Assembly (NCBI RefSeq): GCF_003018255.1
Contig: NZ_CP027440.1
Source of the DNA: Escherichia coli
GTDB taxonomy: Bacteria > Pseudomonadota > Gammaproteobacteria > Enterobacterales > Enterobacteriaceae
Direction: 5' to 3' (one strand)
DNA length: 64,000 nt
The translations under genes were made by a program, and so were the position numbers. Under the pieces are notes generated by a model. That model worked only from the letters and a program-made list of their open reading frames with translations. It did not search any database and had not been told where the DNA came from. This document shows positions 22,559 to 32,658 of the stretch, one piece after another (the stretch's first letter is position 1; the number at the start of each line of letters is the position of its first letter).

Positions 22559-24007
22559 ATGAAACTTAACGACAGTAACTTATTCCGCCAGCAGGCGTTG
22601 ATTAACGGGGAATGGCTGGACGCCAACAATGGCGAGGTCATCGACGTCACCAATCCGGCGAACGGCGACAAGCTGGGTAGCGTGCCGAAAATGGGCGCTG
22701 ATGAAACCCGCGCCGCTATCGACGCCGCCAACCGCGCCCTGCCCGCCTGGCGCGCGCTCACCGCCAAAGAACGCGCCACCATTCTGCGCAACTGGTTCAA
22801 TTTGATGATGGAGCATCAGGACGATTTAGCGCGCCTGATGACCCTCGAACAGGGTAAACCGCTGGCTGAAGCGAAAGGCGAAATCAGCTACGCCGCCTCC
22901 TTTATTGAGTGGTTTGCTGAAGAAGGCAAACGTATTTATGGCGACACCATTCCCGGTCATCAGGCCGATAAACGCCTGATTGTTATCAAGCAGCCGATTG
23001 GCGTCACTGCTGCTATCACGCCGTGGAACTTTCCGGCGGCGATGATTACCCGTAAAGCCGGTCCGGCGCTGGCGGCAGGCTGCACGATGGTGCTGAAACC
23101 TGCCAGTCAGACGCCGTTCTCTGCGCTGGCGCTGGCGGAACTGGCGATTCGCGCAGGCGTTCCGGCTGGCGTATTTAACGTGGTCACCGGTTCGGCGGGC
23201 GCGGTCGGTAACGAACTGACCAGCAACCCGCTGGTGCGCAAACTGTCGTTTACCGGCTCGACCGAAATTGGCCGCCAGTTAATGGAACAGTGCGCGAAAG
23301 ACATCAAGAAAGTGTCGCTGGAACTGGGCGGCAACGCGCCGTTTATCGTCTTTGACGATGCCGACCTCGACAAAGCCGTGGAAGGCGCACTGGCCTCGAA
23401 ATTCCGCAACGCCGGGCAAACCTGCGTCTGCGCCAACCGTTTATACGTGCAGGACGGCGTGTATGACCGCTTTGCCGAAAAATTACAGCAGGCGGTGAGC
23501 AAACTGCACATCGGCGACGGGCTGGAGAATGGCGTCACCATCGGGCCGCTGATTGATGAAAAAGCGGTAGCAAAAGTGGAAGAGCATATTGCCGATGCGC
23601 TGGAGAAAGGTGCGCGCGTGGTTTGCGGTGGTAAAGCACACGAACGCGGCGGCAACTTCTTCCAGCCGACCATTCTGGTGGACGTTCCGGCCAACGCCAA
23701 AGTGTCGAAAGAAGAGACGTTCGGCCCCCTCGCCCCGCTGTTCCGCTTTAAAGATGAAGCCGATGTGATTGCGCAAGCCAATGACACCGAGTTTGGCCTT
23801 GCCGCCTATTTCTACGCCCGTGATTTAAGCCGCGTCTTCCGCGTGGGCGAAGCGCTGGAGTACGGCATCGTCGGCATCAATACCGGCATTATTTCCAATG
23901 AAGTGGCCCCGTTCGGCGGCATTAAAGCCTCGGGTCTGGGTCGTGAAGGTTCGAAGTATGGCATCGAAGATTACTTAGAAATCAAATATATGTGCATCGG
24001 TCTTTAA
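22559..24007 (+). CDS. gabD: Succinate-semialdehyde dehydrogenase (NADP+)
   Basis: 482-aa aldehyde dehydrogenase; catalytic Cys region GQTCVCANR and ELGGNAP motif. Confidence 0.95.
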   Translation: MKLNDSNLFRQQALINGEWLDANNGEVIDVTNPANGDKLGSVPKMGADETRAAIDAANRALPAWRALTAKERATILRNWFNLMMEHQDDLARLMTLEQGKPLAEAKGEISYAASFIEWFAEEGKRIYGDTIPGHQADKRLIVIKQPIGVTAAITPWNFPAAMITRKAGPALAAGCTMVLKPASQTPFSALALAELAIRAGVPAGVFNVVTGSAGAVGNELTSNPLVRKLSFTGSTEIGRQLMEQCAKDIKKVSLELGGNAPFIVFDDADLDKAVEGALASKFRNAGQTCVCANRLYVQDGVYDRFAEKLQQAVSKLHIGDGLENGVTIGPLIDEKAVAKVEEHIADALEKGARVVCGGKAHERGGNFFQPTILVDVPANAKVSKEETFGPLAPLFRFKDEADVIAQANDTEFGLAAYFYARDLSRVFRVGEALEYGIVGINTGIISNEVAPFGGIKASGLGREGSKYGIEDYLEIKYMCIGL

Positions 24008-24020
24008 CTGGAGAACGCGA

Positions 24021-25301
24021 ATGAGCAGCAATAAAGAGTTAATGCAGCGCCGTAGTCAGGCAGTTCCTCGTGGCGTTGGGCAAATTCACCCGATTTTCGC
24101 TGACCGCGCGGAAAACTGCCGGGTGTGGGACGTTGAAGGCCGTGAGTTTCTTGATTTCGCGGGCGGGATTGCGGTGCTCAATACCGGGCACCTGCATCCG
24201 AAAGTGGTTGCGGCGGTGGAAGCGCAGTTGAAAAAGCTGTCGCACACCTGCTTCCAGGTGCTGGCTTACGAACCGTATCTGGAGCTGTGCGAGATTATGA
24301 ATCAGAAGGTGCCGGGAGATTTCGCCAAAAAAACGCTGCTGGTAACGACCGGTTCTGAAGCGGTGGAAAACGCGGTGAAAATCGCCCGCGCCGCCACCAA
24401 ACGCAGCGGGACCATCGCCTTTAGCGGTGCATATCACGGGCGTACGCACTACACGTTGGCGCTGACCGGCAAGGTGAATCCGTACTCTGCGGGCATGGGA
24501 CTGATGCCTGGGCACGTTTATCGCGCGCTTTATCCTTGCCCGCTGCACGGCATCAGTGAAGATGACGCTATCGCCAGCATCCACCGGATCTTTAAAAATG
24601 ACGCTGCGCCGGAAGATATCGCCGCCATCGTGATTGAGCCGGTTCAGGGCGAAGGCGGTTTCTACGCCGCGACGCCAGCCTTTATGCAGCGTTTACGCGC
24701 GCTGTGTGACGAGCACGGGATCATGCTGATTGCCGATGAAGTGCAGAGCGGCGCGGGGCGTACCGGCACGCTGTTTGCGATGGAGCAGATGGGCGTTGCG
24801 CCGGATCTTACCACCTTTGCGAAATCGATCGCGGGCGGCTTCCCGCTGGCGGGCGTCACCGGGCGCGCGGAAGTGATGGATGCCGTCGCTCCAGGCGGTC
24901 TGGGCGGCACCTATGCCGGTAACCCGATTGCCTGCGTGGCAGCGCTGGAAGTGTTAAAGGTATTCGAGCAGGAAAATCTGCTGCAAAAAGCCAACGACCT
25001 GGGGCATAAGCTGAAAGACGGATTGCTGGCGATAGCCGAAAAACACCCGGAGATCGGCGATGTACGCGGGCTGGGAGCGATGATTGCCATCGAGCTGTTT
25101 GAAGATGGCGATCACAGCAAACCGGACGCCAAACTCACCGCCGAGATCGTGGCGCGTGCCCGCGATAAAGGCCTGATTCTTCTCTCCTGCGGCCCGTATT
25201 ACAACGTGCTGCGCATCCTTGTACCGCTCACCATTGAAGACGCTCAGATCCGTCAGGGTCTGGAAATCATCAGCCAGTGTTTTGATGAGGCGAAGCAGTA
25301 G
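24021..25301 (+). CDS. gabT: 4-aminobutyrate aminotransferase (PLP-dependent)
   Basis: 426-aa class-III aminotransferase; gab operon context. Confidence 0.95.
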   Translation: MSSNKELMQRRSQAVPRGVGQIHPIFADRAENCRVWDVEGREFLDFAGGIAVLNTGHLHPKVVAAVEAQLKKLSHTCFQVLAYEPYLELCEIMNQKVPGDFAKKTLLVTTGSEAVENAVKIARAATKRSGTIAFSGAYHGRTHYTLALTGKVNPYSAGMGLMPGHVYRALYPCPLHGISEDDAIASIHRIFKNDAAPEDIAAIVIEPVQGEGGFYAATPAFMQRLRALCDEHGIMLIADEVQSGAGRTGTLFAMEQMGVAPDLTTFAKSIAGGFPLAGVTGRAEVMDAVAPGGLGGTYAGNPIACVAALEVLKVFEQENLLQKANDLGHKLKDGLLAIAEKHPEIGDVRGLGAMIAIELFEDGDHSKPDAKLTAEIVARARDKGLILLSCGPYYNVLRILVPLTIEDAQIRQGLEIISQCFDEAKQ

Positions 25302-25309
25302 ATCCGTAC

Positions 25310-25452
25310 CCATGCCGGAGGCGACGCTGCGCGTCTTGTCCGGCCTACGCGAATCCAGGTCGGATAAAGCGTTTACGCTGCATCCGACAATCTGTACGTG
25401 AACAGGAATAAATCTATGTCGGCCGGATAAGGCGGAGCCGCTCTCCGGTAAA
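25310..25452. repeat. REP/BIME palindromic units in the gabT-gabP intergenic region
   Basis: GCCGGAGGCGACGCTGCGCGTCTTGTCCGGCCTACG, GTCGGATAAAGCGTTTACGCTGCATCCGACA, TGTCGGCCGGATAAGGCGGAGCCGC: typical REP consensus stems. Confidence 0.75.
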
Positions 25453-25538
25453 AAGAACCAATAACAATTACACGCGTGACCCGACGCGGGAAATGTCGGG
25501 GCGCTCTCCCAAGTGACACACTTTCGAGAGGATTCAGG

Positions 25539-26939
25539 ATGGGGCAATCATCGCAACCACATGAGTTAGGCGGCGGGCTGAAGTCACGCCACGTCACCAT
25601 GTTGTCTATTGCCGGTGTTATCGGCGCAAGTCTGTTTGTCGGTTCCAGCGTCGCCATCGCCGAAGCGGGCCCGGCGGTATTACTGGCCTATCTGTTCGCC
25701 GGATTACTGGTGGTTATGATTATGCGGATGTTGGCGGAAATGGCGGTTGCCACGCCCGATACCGGTTCGTTTTCCACCTATGCCGACAAGGCAATTGGCC
25801 GCTGGGCGGGTTATACCATCGGCTGGCTGTACTGGTGGTTTTGGGTACTGGTTATCCCGCTGGAAGCCAACATCGCCGCCATGATCCTGCACTCGTGGGT
25901 TCCAGGCATTCCCATCTGGTTATTTTCCCTGGTCATTACCCTCGCCTTGACTGGCAGTAATTTATTAAGCGTTAAAAACTACGGCGAATTTGAGTTCTGG
26001 CTGGCGCTGTGCAAAGTCATCGCTATCCTGGCCTTTATTTTCCTTGGTGCAGTCGCAATTAGCGGTTTTTACCCTTATGCCGAAGTGAGCGGGATCTCAA
26101 GATTGTGGGATAGCGGCGGCTTTATGCCCAACGGCTTCGGCGCAGTATTAAGCGCGATGTTGATCACCATGTTCTCGTTTATGGGCGCAGAAATTGTCAC
26201 CATTGCCGCCGCGGAATCTGACACGCCGGAAAAACATATTGTCCGCGCCACCAACTCGGTTATCTGGCGTATTTCTATCTTCTATTTATGCTCTATTTTT
26301 GTCGTGGTGGCATTAATACCGTGGAATATGCCGGGGCTGAAAGCCGTTGGATCTTATCGCTCGGTTCTGGAGTTGCTCAATATTCCCCATGCGAAATTAA
26401 TCATGGACTGCGTGATATTACTTTCCGTAACCAGTTGCCTGAACTCGGCGCTGTATACCGCTTCCAGAATGCTCTACTCCTTAAGCCGTCGCGGTGATGC
26501 TCCCGCGGTAATGGGTAAAATCAACCGCAGTAAAACCCCGTATGTGGCGGTATTACTCTCGACCGGTGCGGCATTTTTAACGGTGGTGGTGAATTATTAC
26601 GCGCCTGCGAAAGTGTTTAAATTTCTGATCGATAGCTCCGGCGCTATCGCCCTGCTGGTTTATTTAGTCATTGCCGTTTCACAATTGCGGATGCGCAAAA
26701 TTCTGCGAGCAGAAGGAAGCGAAATTCGCCTGCGGATGTGGCTTTATCCGTGGCTCACCTGGCTGGTCATCGGTTTTATAACCTTTGTGTTGGTAGTGAT
26801 GCTATTCCGCCCGGCGCAACAGTTAGAAGTGATTTCCACCGGTTTATTAGCGATAGGGATAATCTGTACCGTGCCAATTATGGCTCGCTGGAAAAAGCTG
26901 GTATTGTGGCAAAAAACACCCGTTCATAATACGCGCTAA
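25539..26939 (+). CDS. gabP: GABA permease (APC family)
   Basis: Track ORF 25476-26939; start at the internal Met MGQSSQPHELGGGLKSRHV gives 466 aa; 12-TM amino-acid permease. Confidence 0.93.
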   Translation: MGQSSQPHELGGGLKSRHVTMLSIAGVIGASLFVGSSVAIAEAGPAVLLAYLFAGLLVVMIMRMLAEMAVATPDTGSFSTYADKAIGRWAGYTIGWLYWWFWVLVIPLEANIAAMILHSWVPGIPIWLFSLVITLALTGSNLLSVKNYGEFEFWLALCKVIAILAFIFLGAVAISGFYPYAEVSGISRLWDSGGFMPNGFGAVLSAMLITMFSFMGAEIVTIAAAESDTPEKHIVRATNSVIWRISIFYLCSIFVVVALIPWNMPGLKAVGSYRSVLELLNIPHAKLIMDCVILLSVTSCLNSALYTASRMLYSLSRRGDAPAVMGKINRSKTPYVAVLLSTGAAFLTVVVNYYAPAKVFKFLIDSSGAIALLVYLVIAVSQLRMRKILRAEGSEIRLRMWLYPWLTWLVIGFITFVLVVMLFRPAQQLEVISTGLLAIGIICTVPIMARWKKLVLWQKTPVHNTR

Positions 26940-26959
26940 TAATGATCAGGAGTCACACC

Positions 26960-27622
26960 ATGACCATTACGTCTCTGGATGGCTATCGCTGGCTGAAGAA
27001 CGATATTATTCGCGGAAACTTTCAACCGGATGAAAAATTACGGATGAGTTTGCTGACATCGCGTTATGCACTTGGCGTTGGGCCGTTGCGGGAAGCGCTT
27101 TCGCAACTGGTAGCAGAACGACTGGTCACGGTGGTGAATCAAAAAGGGTATCGGGTGGCGTCTATGTCAGAGCAAGAGCTGCTCGATATTTTCGACGCCC
27201 GCGCCAATATGGAAGCGATGCTGGTCAGTCTGGCGATTGCCCGCGGTGGCGATGAATGGGAGGCAGACGTTCTCGCAAAAGCGCATCTGCTCAGTAAGCT
27301 GGAGGCCTGTGACGCCAGTGAGAAAATGCTTGATGAGTGGGATCTGCGTCATCAGGCGTTTCATACTGCAATTGTGGCGGGCTGTGGTTCTCACTATTTG
27401 CTGCAAATGCGTGAACGGTTGTTTGATCTGGCGGCGCGTTATCGATTTATCTGGCTGCGGCGAACAGTGCTTTCGGTGGAAATGCTGGAAGATAAACGCG
27501 ATCAGCACCAGACCCTCACTGCGGCGGTACTGGCGCGAGATACCGCGCGCGCCAGTGAGTTAATGCGCCAGCATTTACTGACGCCAATTCCCATTATCCA
27601 GCAGGCGATGGCTGGCAATTAA
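26960..27622 (+). CDS. csiR: GntR-family transcriptional repressor CsiR/GlaR
   Basis: Start at the internal Met MTITSLDGYRWLKNDII; N-terminal HTH with an FCD-type C-terminal domain. Confidence 0.9.
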   Translation: MTITSLDGYRWLKNDIIRGNFQPDEKLRMSLLTSRYALGVGPLREALSQLVAERLVTVVNQKGYRVASMSEQELLDIFDARANMEAMLVSLAIARGGDEWEADVLAKAHLLSKLEACDASEKMLDEWDLRHQAFHTAIVAGCGSHYLLQMRERLFDLAARYRFIWLRRTVLSVEMLEDKRDQHQTLTAAVLARDTARASELMRQHLLTPIPIIQQAMAGN

Positions 27623-28072
27623 CTACTCTTCAGGAATACGCAACACTTGCCCCGGGTAAATTTTATCCGGGCTTTTGAGCATCGGTTTATTCGCTTCGAA
27701 GATTTTATTGTACAGATTAGCGTTACCGTAGACCTGTTTGGAAATGGCACTCAGAGTGTCGCCAGACTTAACGGTATAAAACTGGCTGGCAGCGGCTGGT
27801 GTCGCCGTTTTCACCTGATCATCGACACTGGCAATACCGGAAATATTCCCCACCGCAACAAGGATTTTCTCCTTCGCCTCCTGACTTAAGCCGTCACCCG
27901 TGACCGTCGCTTTGCCGTCGGCGATTTGAATGTTCACTTTATCGGCATCAGGTATTCCGGTTTTGTTCAGATGCTCCTGCACCTTCTTCGCCTGATCGTC
28001 TTTATCGTGCTGACCTGTAACCGCGTCCCAGAGTTTTTCTCCGGCATCTTTCACAAAATTGAACAGACCCAT
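27623..28072 (-). CDS. kbp: Potassium-binding protein Kbp (BON + LysM domains)
   Basis: Start at [17 protein letters not shown]-terminal LysM ([14 protein letters not shown]...); stop abuts the csiR stop. Confidence 0.9.
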   Translation of the reverse strand: MGLFNFVKDAGEKLWDAVTGQHDKDDQAKKVQEHLNKTGIPDADKVNIQIADGKATVTGDGLSQEAKEKILVAVGNISGIASVDDQVKTATPAAASQFYTVKSGDTLSAISKQVYGNANLYNKIFEANKPMLKSPDKIYPGQVLRIPEE

Positions 28073-28155
28073 AGCTACCTCATTCGTTAACGGAAACACT
28101 CAGAAAGTGTAGCAGAGGAACGCGGCGCGTTAACGCCGCGGGGGTGAACACAGGT

Positions 28156-28314
28156 TTAATCGCGGGTTTGCACCCAGAACGCGTGAATCAAACCGGGGAT
28201 ATACCCAAGCAGTGTCAGCAGAATATTAATAATGAACGCCCAACCGAACCCTTTACCGAGCAGCACGCCGAGCGGCGGCAGAATGATGGTGATGACGATT
28301 CTCCAGAAACCCAT
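28156..28314 (-). CDS. yqaE: Small membrane protein YqaE (PMP3/UPF0057 family), 52 aa
   Basis: Too short for the ORF track; reverse translation MGFWRIVITIILPPLGVLLGKGFGWAFIINILLTLLGYIPGLIHAFWVQTRD; co-oriented upstream of kbp. Confidence 0.85.
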   Translation of the reverse strand: MGFWRIVITIILPPLGVLLGKGFGWAFIINILLTLLGYIPGLIHAFWVQTRD

Positions 28315-28496
28315 ATGTACTCCCTATAAGAAAATTACTCATTGTTTAAAAAGAGATTTTATCTCTTAAGCGTAGTAATTTTAGCGGAGCCTGCCAGTTT
28401 CAGCTTACGCTTTTACTCTCATTTACGCTGCTGAGGCTGGTATATGTTGCATTTTTAGTTTAGAGTTTACTTAATTTAGAAAATACTTAAATATCT

Positions 28497-28796
28497 ATGA
28501 CTGAACTCGCGCAATTACAGGCTAGTGCCGAACAGGCAGCGGCCTTATTGAAAGCAATGAGCCACCCTAAACGGTTGCTGATTCTGTGCATGCTTAGCGG
28601 TTCCCCCGGCACCAGTGCGGGAGAGCTGACGCGCATTACCGGACTGAGTGCCTCTGCAACATCACAGCATCTCGCTCGTATGCGGGACGAAGGGCTTATC
28701 GACAGCCAACGGGATGCCCAACGCATTCTATATTCCATTAAAAATGAGGCGGTAAATGCCATTATCGCCACCCTGAAAAATGTCTATTGTCCGTAA
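28497..28796 (+). CDS. ygaV: ArsR/SmtB-family transcriptional regulator
   Basis: 99-aa ORF with HTH and the conserved SQHL motif region. Confidence 0.9.
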   Translation: MTELAQLQASAEQAAALLKAMSHPKRLLILCMLSGSPGTSAGELTRITGLSASATSQHLARMRDEGLIDSQRDAQRILYSIKNEAVNAIIATLKNVYCP

Positions 28797-28805
28797 GGAG
28801 TCACT

Positions 28806-29330
28806 ATGGCTTTGACAACCATTTCGCCGCATGATGCACAAGAATTAATCGCACGCGGCGCAAAGTTAATCGATATTCGTGACGCTGATGAATATCTTCG
28901 TGAACATATTCCTGAAGCAGATCTGGCTCCATTATCCGTGCTGGAACAGTCAGGTCTTCCGGCTAAATTACGTCGCGAGCAAATAATATTCCACTGCCAG
29001 GCTGGTAAACGCACCAGTAATAACGCCGATAAATTAGCAGCGATTGCCGCCCCCGCAGAAATCTTTTTACTCGAAGATGGGATTGATGGCTGGAAAAAAG
29101 CAGGATTACCAGTAGCGGTAAATAAATCTCAACCCTTGCCGTTAATGCGCCAGGTGCAGATCGCTGCGGGTGGTTTAATATTAATCTGCGTTATACTAGG
29201 TTATACCGTAAATAGCGGTTTCTTCTTATTAAGCGGCTTTGTTGGTGCCGGGTTACTGTTTGCAGGAATTAGCGGTTTTTGTGGGATGGCAAGGTTGTTA
29301 GATAAGATGCCGTGGAACCAACGAGCTTGA
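28806..29330 (+). CDS. ygaP: Membrane-anchored rhodanese (thiosulfate sulfurtransferase) YgaP
   Basis: 174-aa ORF; rhodanese active-site loop CQAGKRT and C-terminal TM segments. Confidence 0.9.
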   Translation: MALTTISPHDAQELIARGAKLIDIRDADEYLREHIPEADLAPLSVLEQSGLPAKLRREQIIFHCQAGKRTSNNADKLAAIAAPAEIFLLEDGIDGWKKAGLPVAVNKSQPLPLMRQVQIAAGGLILICVILGYTVNSGFFLLSGFVGAGLLFAGISGFCGMARLLDKMPWNQRA

Positions 29331-29376
29331 GAAGCGACGCCGGACGCGCCATAGCAGCAACATCCGGCCTCAGTAA

Positions 29377-29781
29377 TTAGATCAGAAAATCGTCGAGAGA
29401 TTTACCTTCTGCCAGCGCCTGAGCGATTGGCTTCGGTGTACGGCCCTGACCGGTCCAGGTTTTAGTTTCACCGTTAACATCGATGAATTTATATTTCGCC
29501 GGACGCGGCTGGCGTTTTTTACCAGCGCGTGGTGCCGCAGCAGAGCTATTACCCAATAACTCTTCCGGGTTAATTCCGTCAGCTTTCATCAGCTCCAGCC
29601 AGGTGCTAATTTTTTCCTGGCGCTCTGCCAGTTCACGCTGCTGTTGTTCTTCTTCTTCACGTCTTTCTTTAGTGACAACCCTGAATTTTTCGAGCATTTC
29701 TTCAAGAACGTCAATGGAGAATTCGCGAGCCATCGCACGGAGGGTGCGAATGTTATTTAAACTTTGTAACATTACGGACAT
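29377..29781 (-). CDS. stpA: H-NS paralogue StpA (nucleoid-associated protein, RNA chaperone)
   Basis: 134-aa [35 protein letters not shown]... with the C-terminal [12 protein letters not shown]-binding motif. Confidence 0.95.
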   Translation of the reverse strand: MSVMLQSLNNIRTLRAMAREFSIDVLEEMLEKFRVVTKERREEEEQQQRELAERQEKISTWLELMKADGINPEELLGNSSAAAPRAGKKRQPRPAKYKFIDVNGETKTWTGQGRTPKPIAQALAEGKSLDDFLI

Positions 29782-30447
29782 AATAAAGAAAACCTTTTAA
29801 CGCCAAAACAAAAAAGTATTTCGTCGCGTAGTGTAAGCGATCACTTATTATATTTCCACAAAATTTAATCTATTTACAGTCCTGCACGAGATTATTTCAG
29901 CTGTTATTTTCTGAAACCCTCAGAATAATTTCAAGATTATATATTAGCCATTTTGATGAGTAATTTAGGTTATTGGTGAACAGAGCGGCGCTCTCTGCTC
30001 GCTAATTCCGCAAGCCCGACAAAACCAAAGTGAATAAAAATGCAACTCAACAGAATAAAAGAAAACATCTATCACTGGTGCTTTCTGCTGTCAATGTACA
30101 TTATCTGGCATAAAAAATGCTGAAAATGACCCGATCACTACATACACCGAATTCTCTACGCTTATAGCGTTACCCCCCCCCAAACCTTCATGAGTGAAAA
30201 TAAAGGTAAACACATATCCAATTGATTTAATTAAAAATAAATCATATCGGCATGTAAAAATCCACAATGTACAAAAAACGCGCCGCTACGGAATATTTTA
30301 TCTACAAAAACAGATTAAATAAAAATTTTTCACTAATTGATTAGTCATAGCCAGCGATATACGCTATGCAAAAATGCAGATGGCAATGAGATCCACTGCT
30401 TTCATCTCCATTCACATCCCATTACGCTTTTATTAAGGAGCATTAGC

Positions 30448-30897
30448 ATGTTCTCACCGCAGTCACGCTTGCGTCATGCAGTTGCAGATACGTTCGCGAT
30501 GGTTGTTTACTGTTCTGTCGTGAACATGTGTATTGAAGTTTTCCTCTCCGGAATGAGCTTCGAACAGTCTTTTTATTCCAGATTGGTAGCGATTCCGGTA
30601 AACATCTTAATTGCATGGCCATACGGTATGTACCGCGATCTGTTTATGCGCGCAGCACGCAAAGTTAGCCCGTCGGGCTGGATAAAAAATCTGGCGGATA
30701 TCATGGCTTATGTGACGTTCCAGTCACCGGTGTATGTGGCGATCTTGTTAGTGGTGGGCGCAGACTGGCATCAGATTATGGCGGCGGTCAGTTCAAACAT
30801 CGTTGTTTCGATGTTGATGGGGGCGGTTTATGGCTACTTCCTCGATTATTGCCGCCGACTGTTTAAAGTCAGCCGTTACCAGCAGGTAAAAGCCTGA
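30448..30897 (+). CDS. alaE: L-alanine exporter AlaE
   Basis: Track ORF 30337-30897; start at the internal Met [16 protein letters not shown] gives 149 aa; small multi-TM protein. Confidence 0.88.
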   Translation: MFSPQSRLRHAVADTFAMVVYCSVVNMCIEVFLSGMSFEQSFYSRLVAIPVNILIAWPYGMYRDLFMRAARKVSPSGWIKNLADIMAYVTFQSPVYVAILLVVGADWHQIMAAVSSNIVVSMLMGAVYGYFLDYCRRLFKVSRYQQVKA

Positions 30898-30933
30898 CCC
30901 TTCTTTTCGCGACTGGCATCGCCAGTCGCGTCT

Positions 30934-31278
30934 TTAACTGGCTTCGCCAAATAAACCATTCAAATAACGTTCAAGCGCAACACGCGAACTAAAGCCATGC
31001 GGGATACCGTAATGCTCGTGTCGCTCGCCTGCTAAATAGAGCGGAAATTGTTGATAATGATCGCAAGTTTTAATATCGGAAGCGGGTTCAGCCAGTGTTG
31101 AACTACGTTCTTTTAATGTTGGATGAATCACCAGGGCGGTACGTCCCATTCGCGCTTCGCGATTAACATAGACATAATTTTCCCCACGGCGGTAACCATA
31201 AGCCTTCTGGGTTACCACATCGACAGTAAAACCGACTTTTTCAAGTACGCGCGCCACCTCGTCTGGTCGTAAATACAT
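30934..31278 (-). CDS. ygaC: Uncharacterized protein YgaC (DUF2002)
   Basis: 114-aa ORF; K-12 synteny between alaE and ygaM. Confidence 0.85.
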
Positions 31279-31429
31279 ATTTGATCCTCGTTATTATCAA
31301 CCGCGGGCCTACCTTACCTGATTGCGCATTCACAACGCTTTCAGAAAAGTCCATAAAGCTGCGATGAACCTCAGTTAAGAAAATTATGGTCTACACTGAA
31401 AATTACATCGAATTCTAATGGGGGATCAT

Positions 31430-31759
31430 ATGTTTAACCGACCGAACCGCAACGACGTTGATGATGGCGTGCAGGATATCCAGAATGATGTCAATCAATT
31501 AGCTGATAGTCTCGAATCTGTATTGAAGTCCTGGGGCAGCGACGCCAAAGGGGAAGCCGAAGCCGCTCGTAGTAAAGCGCAGGCTCTACTGAAAGAAACC
31601 AGAGCGCGAATGCATGGTCGTACTCGCGTCCAGCAAGCCGCGCGCGATGCCGTTGGCTGCGCGGATTCTTTTGTTCGTGAAAGACCCTGGTGTAGCGTGG
31701 GTACAGCAGCTGCGGTAGGTATTTTTATCGGCGCACTGTTAAGCATGCGCAAATCGTAG
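31430..31759 (+). CDS. ygaM: Ribosome-associated ElaB/YqjD/DUF883-family protein YgaM
   Basis: Start at MFNRPNRNDVDD... (109 aa); coiled-coil with a C-terminal TM anchor. Confidence 0.85.
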   Translation: MFNRPNRNDVDDGVQDIQNDVNQLADSLESVLKSWGSDAKGEAEAARSKAQALLKETRARMHGRTRVQQAARDAVGCADSFVRERPWCSVGTAAAVGIFIGALLSMRKS

Positions 31760-31788
31760 TGCAACATGATAATAAATACGCGTCTTTA

Positions 31789-31820
31789 ACCCCGAAGCCT
31801 GGCTTCGGGGTTTCTTTTTG
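31789..31820 (+). terminator. Rho-independent terminator after ygaM
   Basis: ACCCCGAAGCC-t-GGCTTCGGGGT followed by TTCTTTTTG. Confidence 0.7.
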
Positions 31821-32005
31821 CCTGGTGAATCACAAAAATCCCCCTACCCCGTCACGCTCATACCCAGGGTAATTTCGACCACTATTTGCTATATATTGTG
31901 TGGTTGAATCTTTTTTCAACTACATCTAGTATCTCTGTATCAACAGAGAGACAACCCGACGCGTATCATCGCGCCGTATCTTCATTTTAAACGGAAATAC
32001 GAATC

Positions 32006-32251
32006 ATGCGCATTACTATTTACACTCGTAACGATTGCGTTCAGTGCCACGCCACCAAAAGGGCGATGGAAAACCGGGGCTTTGACTTTGAAATGATTAA
32101 TGTCGATCGCGTTCCTGAAGCGGCGGAAGCGCTGCGTGCTCAGGGCTTTCGTCAGTTGCCGGTCGTGATTGCAGGCGATCTTAGCTGGTCTGGTTTCCGT
32201 CCGGACATGATTAACCGTCTGCATCCAGCGCCACACGCGGCCAGTGCATGA
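32006..32251 (+). CDS. nrdH: Glutaredoxin-like protein NrdH
   Basis: 81-aa ORF with the redox CVQC motif; first gene of nrdHIEF. Confidence 0.95.
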
Positions 32252-32658
32252 GCCAGCTCGTCTACTTCTCCAGCAGCTCCGAAAATACGCAGCGTTTTAT
32301 CGAACGTTTAGGGCTGCCCGCGGTGCGCATTCCGCTCAATGAGCGGGAACGGATTCAGGTAGACGAGCCTTACATCCTGATCGTGCCCTCTTACGGCGGC
32401 GGCGGTACGGCTGGCGCGGTGCCACGACAGGTCATTCGCTTTTTAAACGACGAGCATAACCGGGCGTTGCTGCGCGGCGTTATTGCTTCGGGTAATCGCA
32501 ACTTTGGTGAGGCGTATGGCCGCGCCGGAGATGTGATTGCCCGGAAATGCGGCGTGCCGTGGCTGTACCGCTTTGAACTCATGGGTACGCAAAGCGATAT
32601 CGAAAACGTTCGTAAAGGAGTAACCGAATTTTGGCAACGACAACCGCAGAACGCCTGA
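32248..32658 (+). CDS. nrdI: Flavodoxin-like NrdI
   Basis: 136-aa ORF overlapping the nrdH stop. Confidence 0.95.

Noticed and set aside
23107-23787. 226-aa minus-strand ORF with Ala/Ser/Thr-rich low-complexity translation
   Set aside because: Antisense shadow inside gabD.
28144-28329. 61-aa plus-strand ORF
   Set aside because: Overlaps the opposite-strand 52-aa yqaE, whose PMP3-family sequence and operon position with kbp are far more convincing.
31830-32005. Possible NrdR and Fur boxes upstream of nrdH (CTATATATTGTGTGG, AACTACATCTAGTATCT)
   Set aside because: The sequence resembles NrdR-box patterns and the regulation is established for nrdHIEF, but I cannot delimit the boxes reliably by eye, so they are not listed as features.
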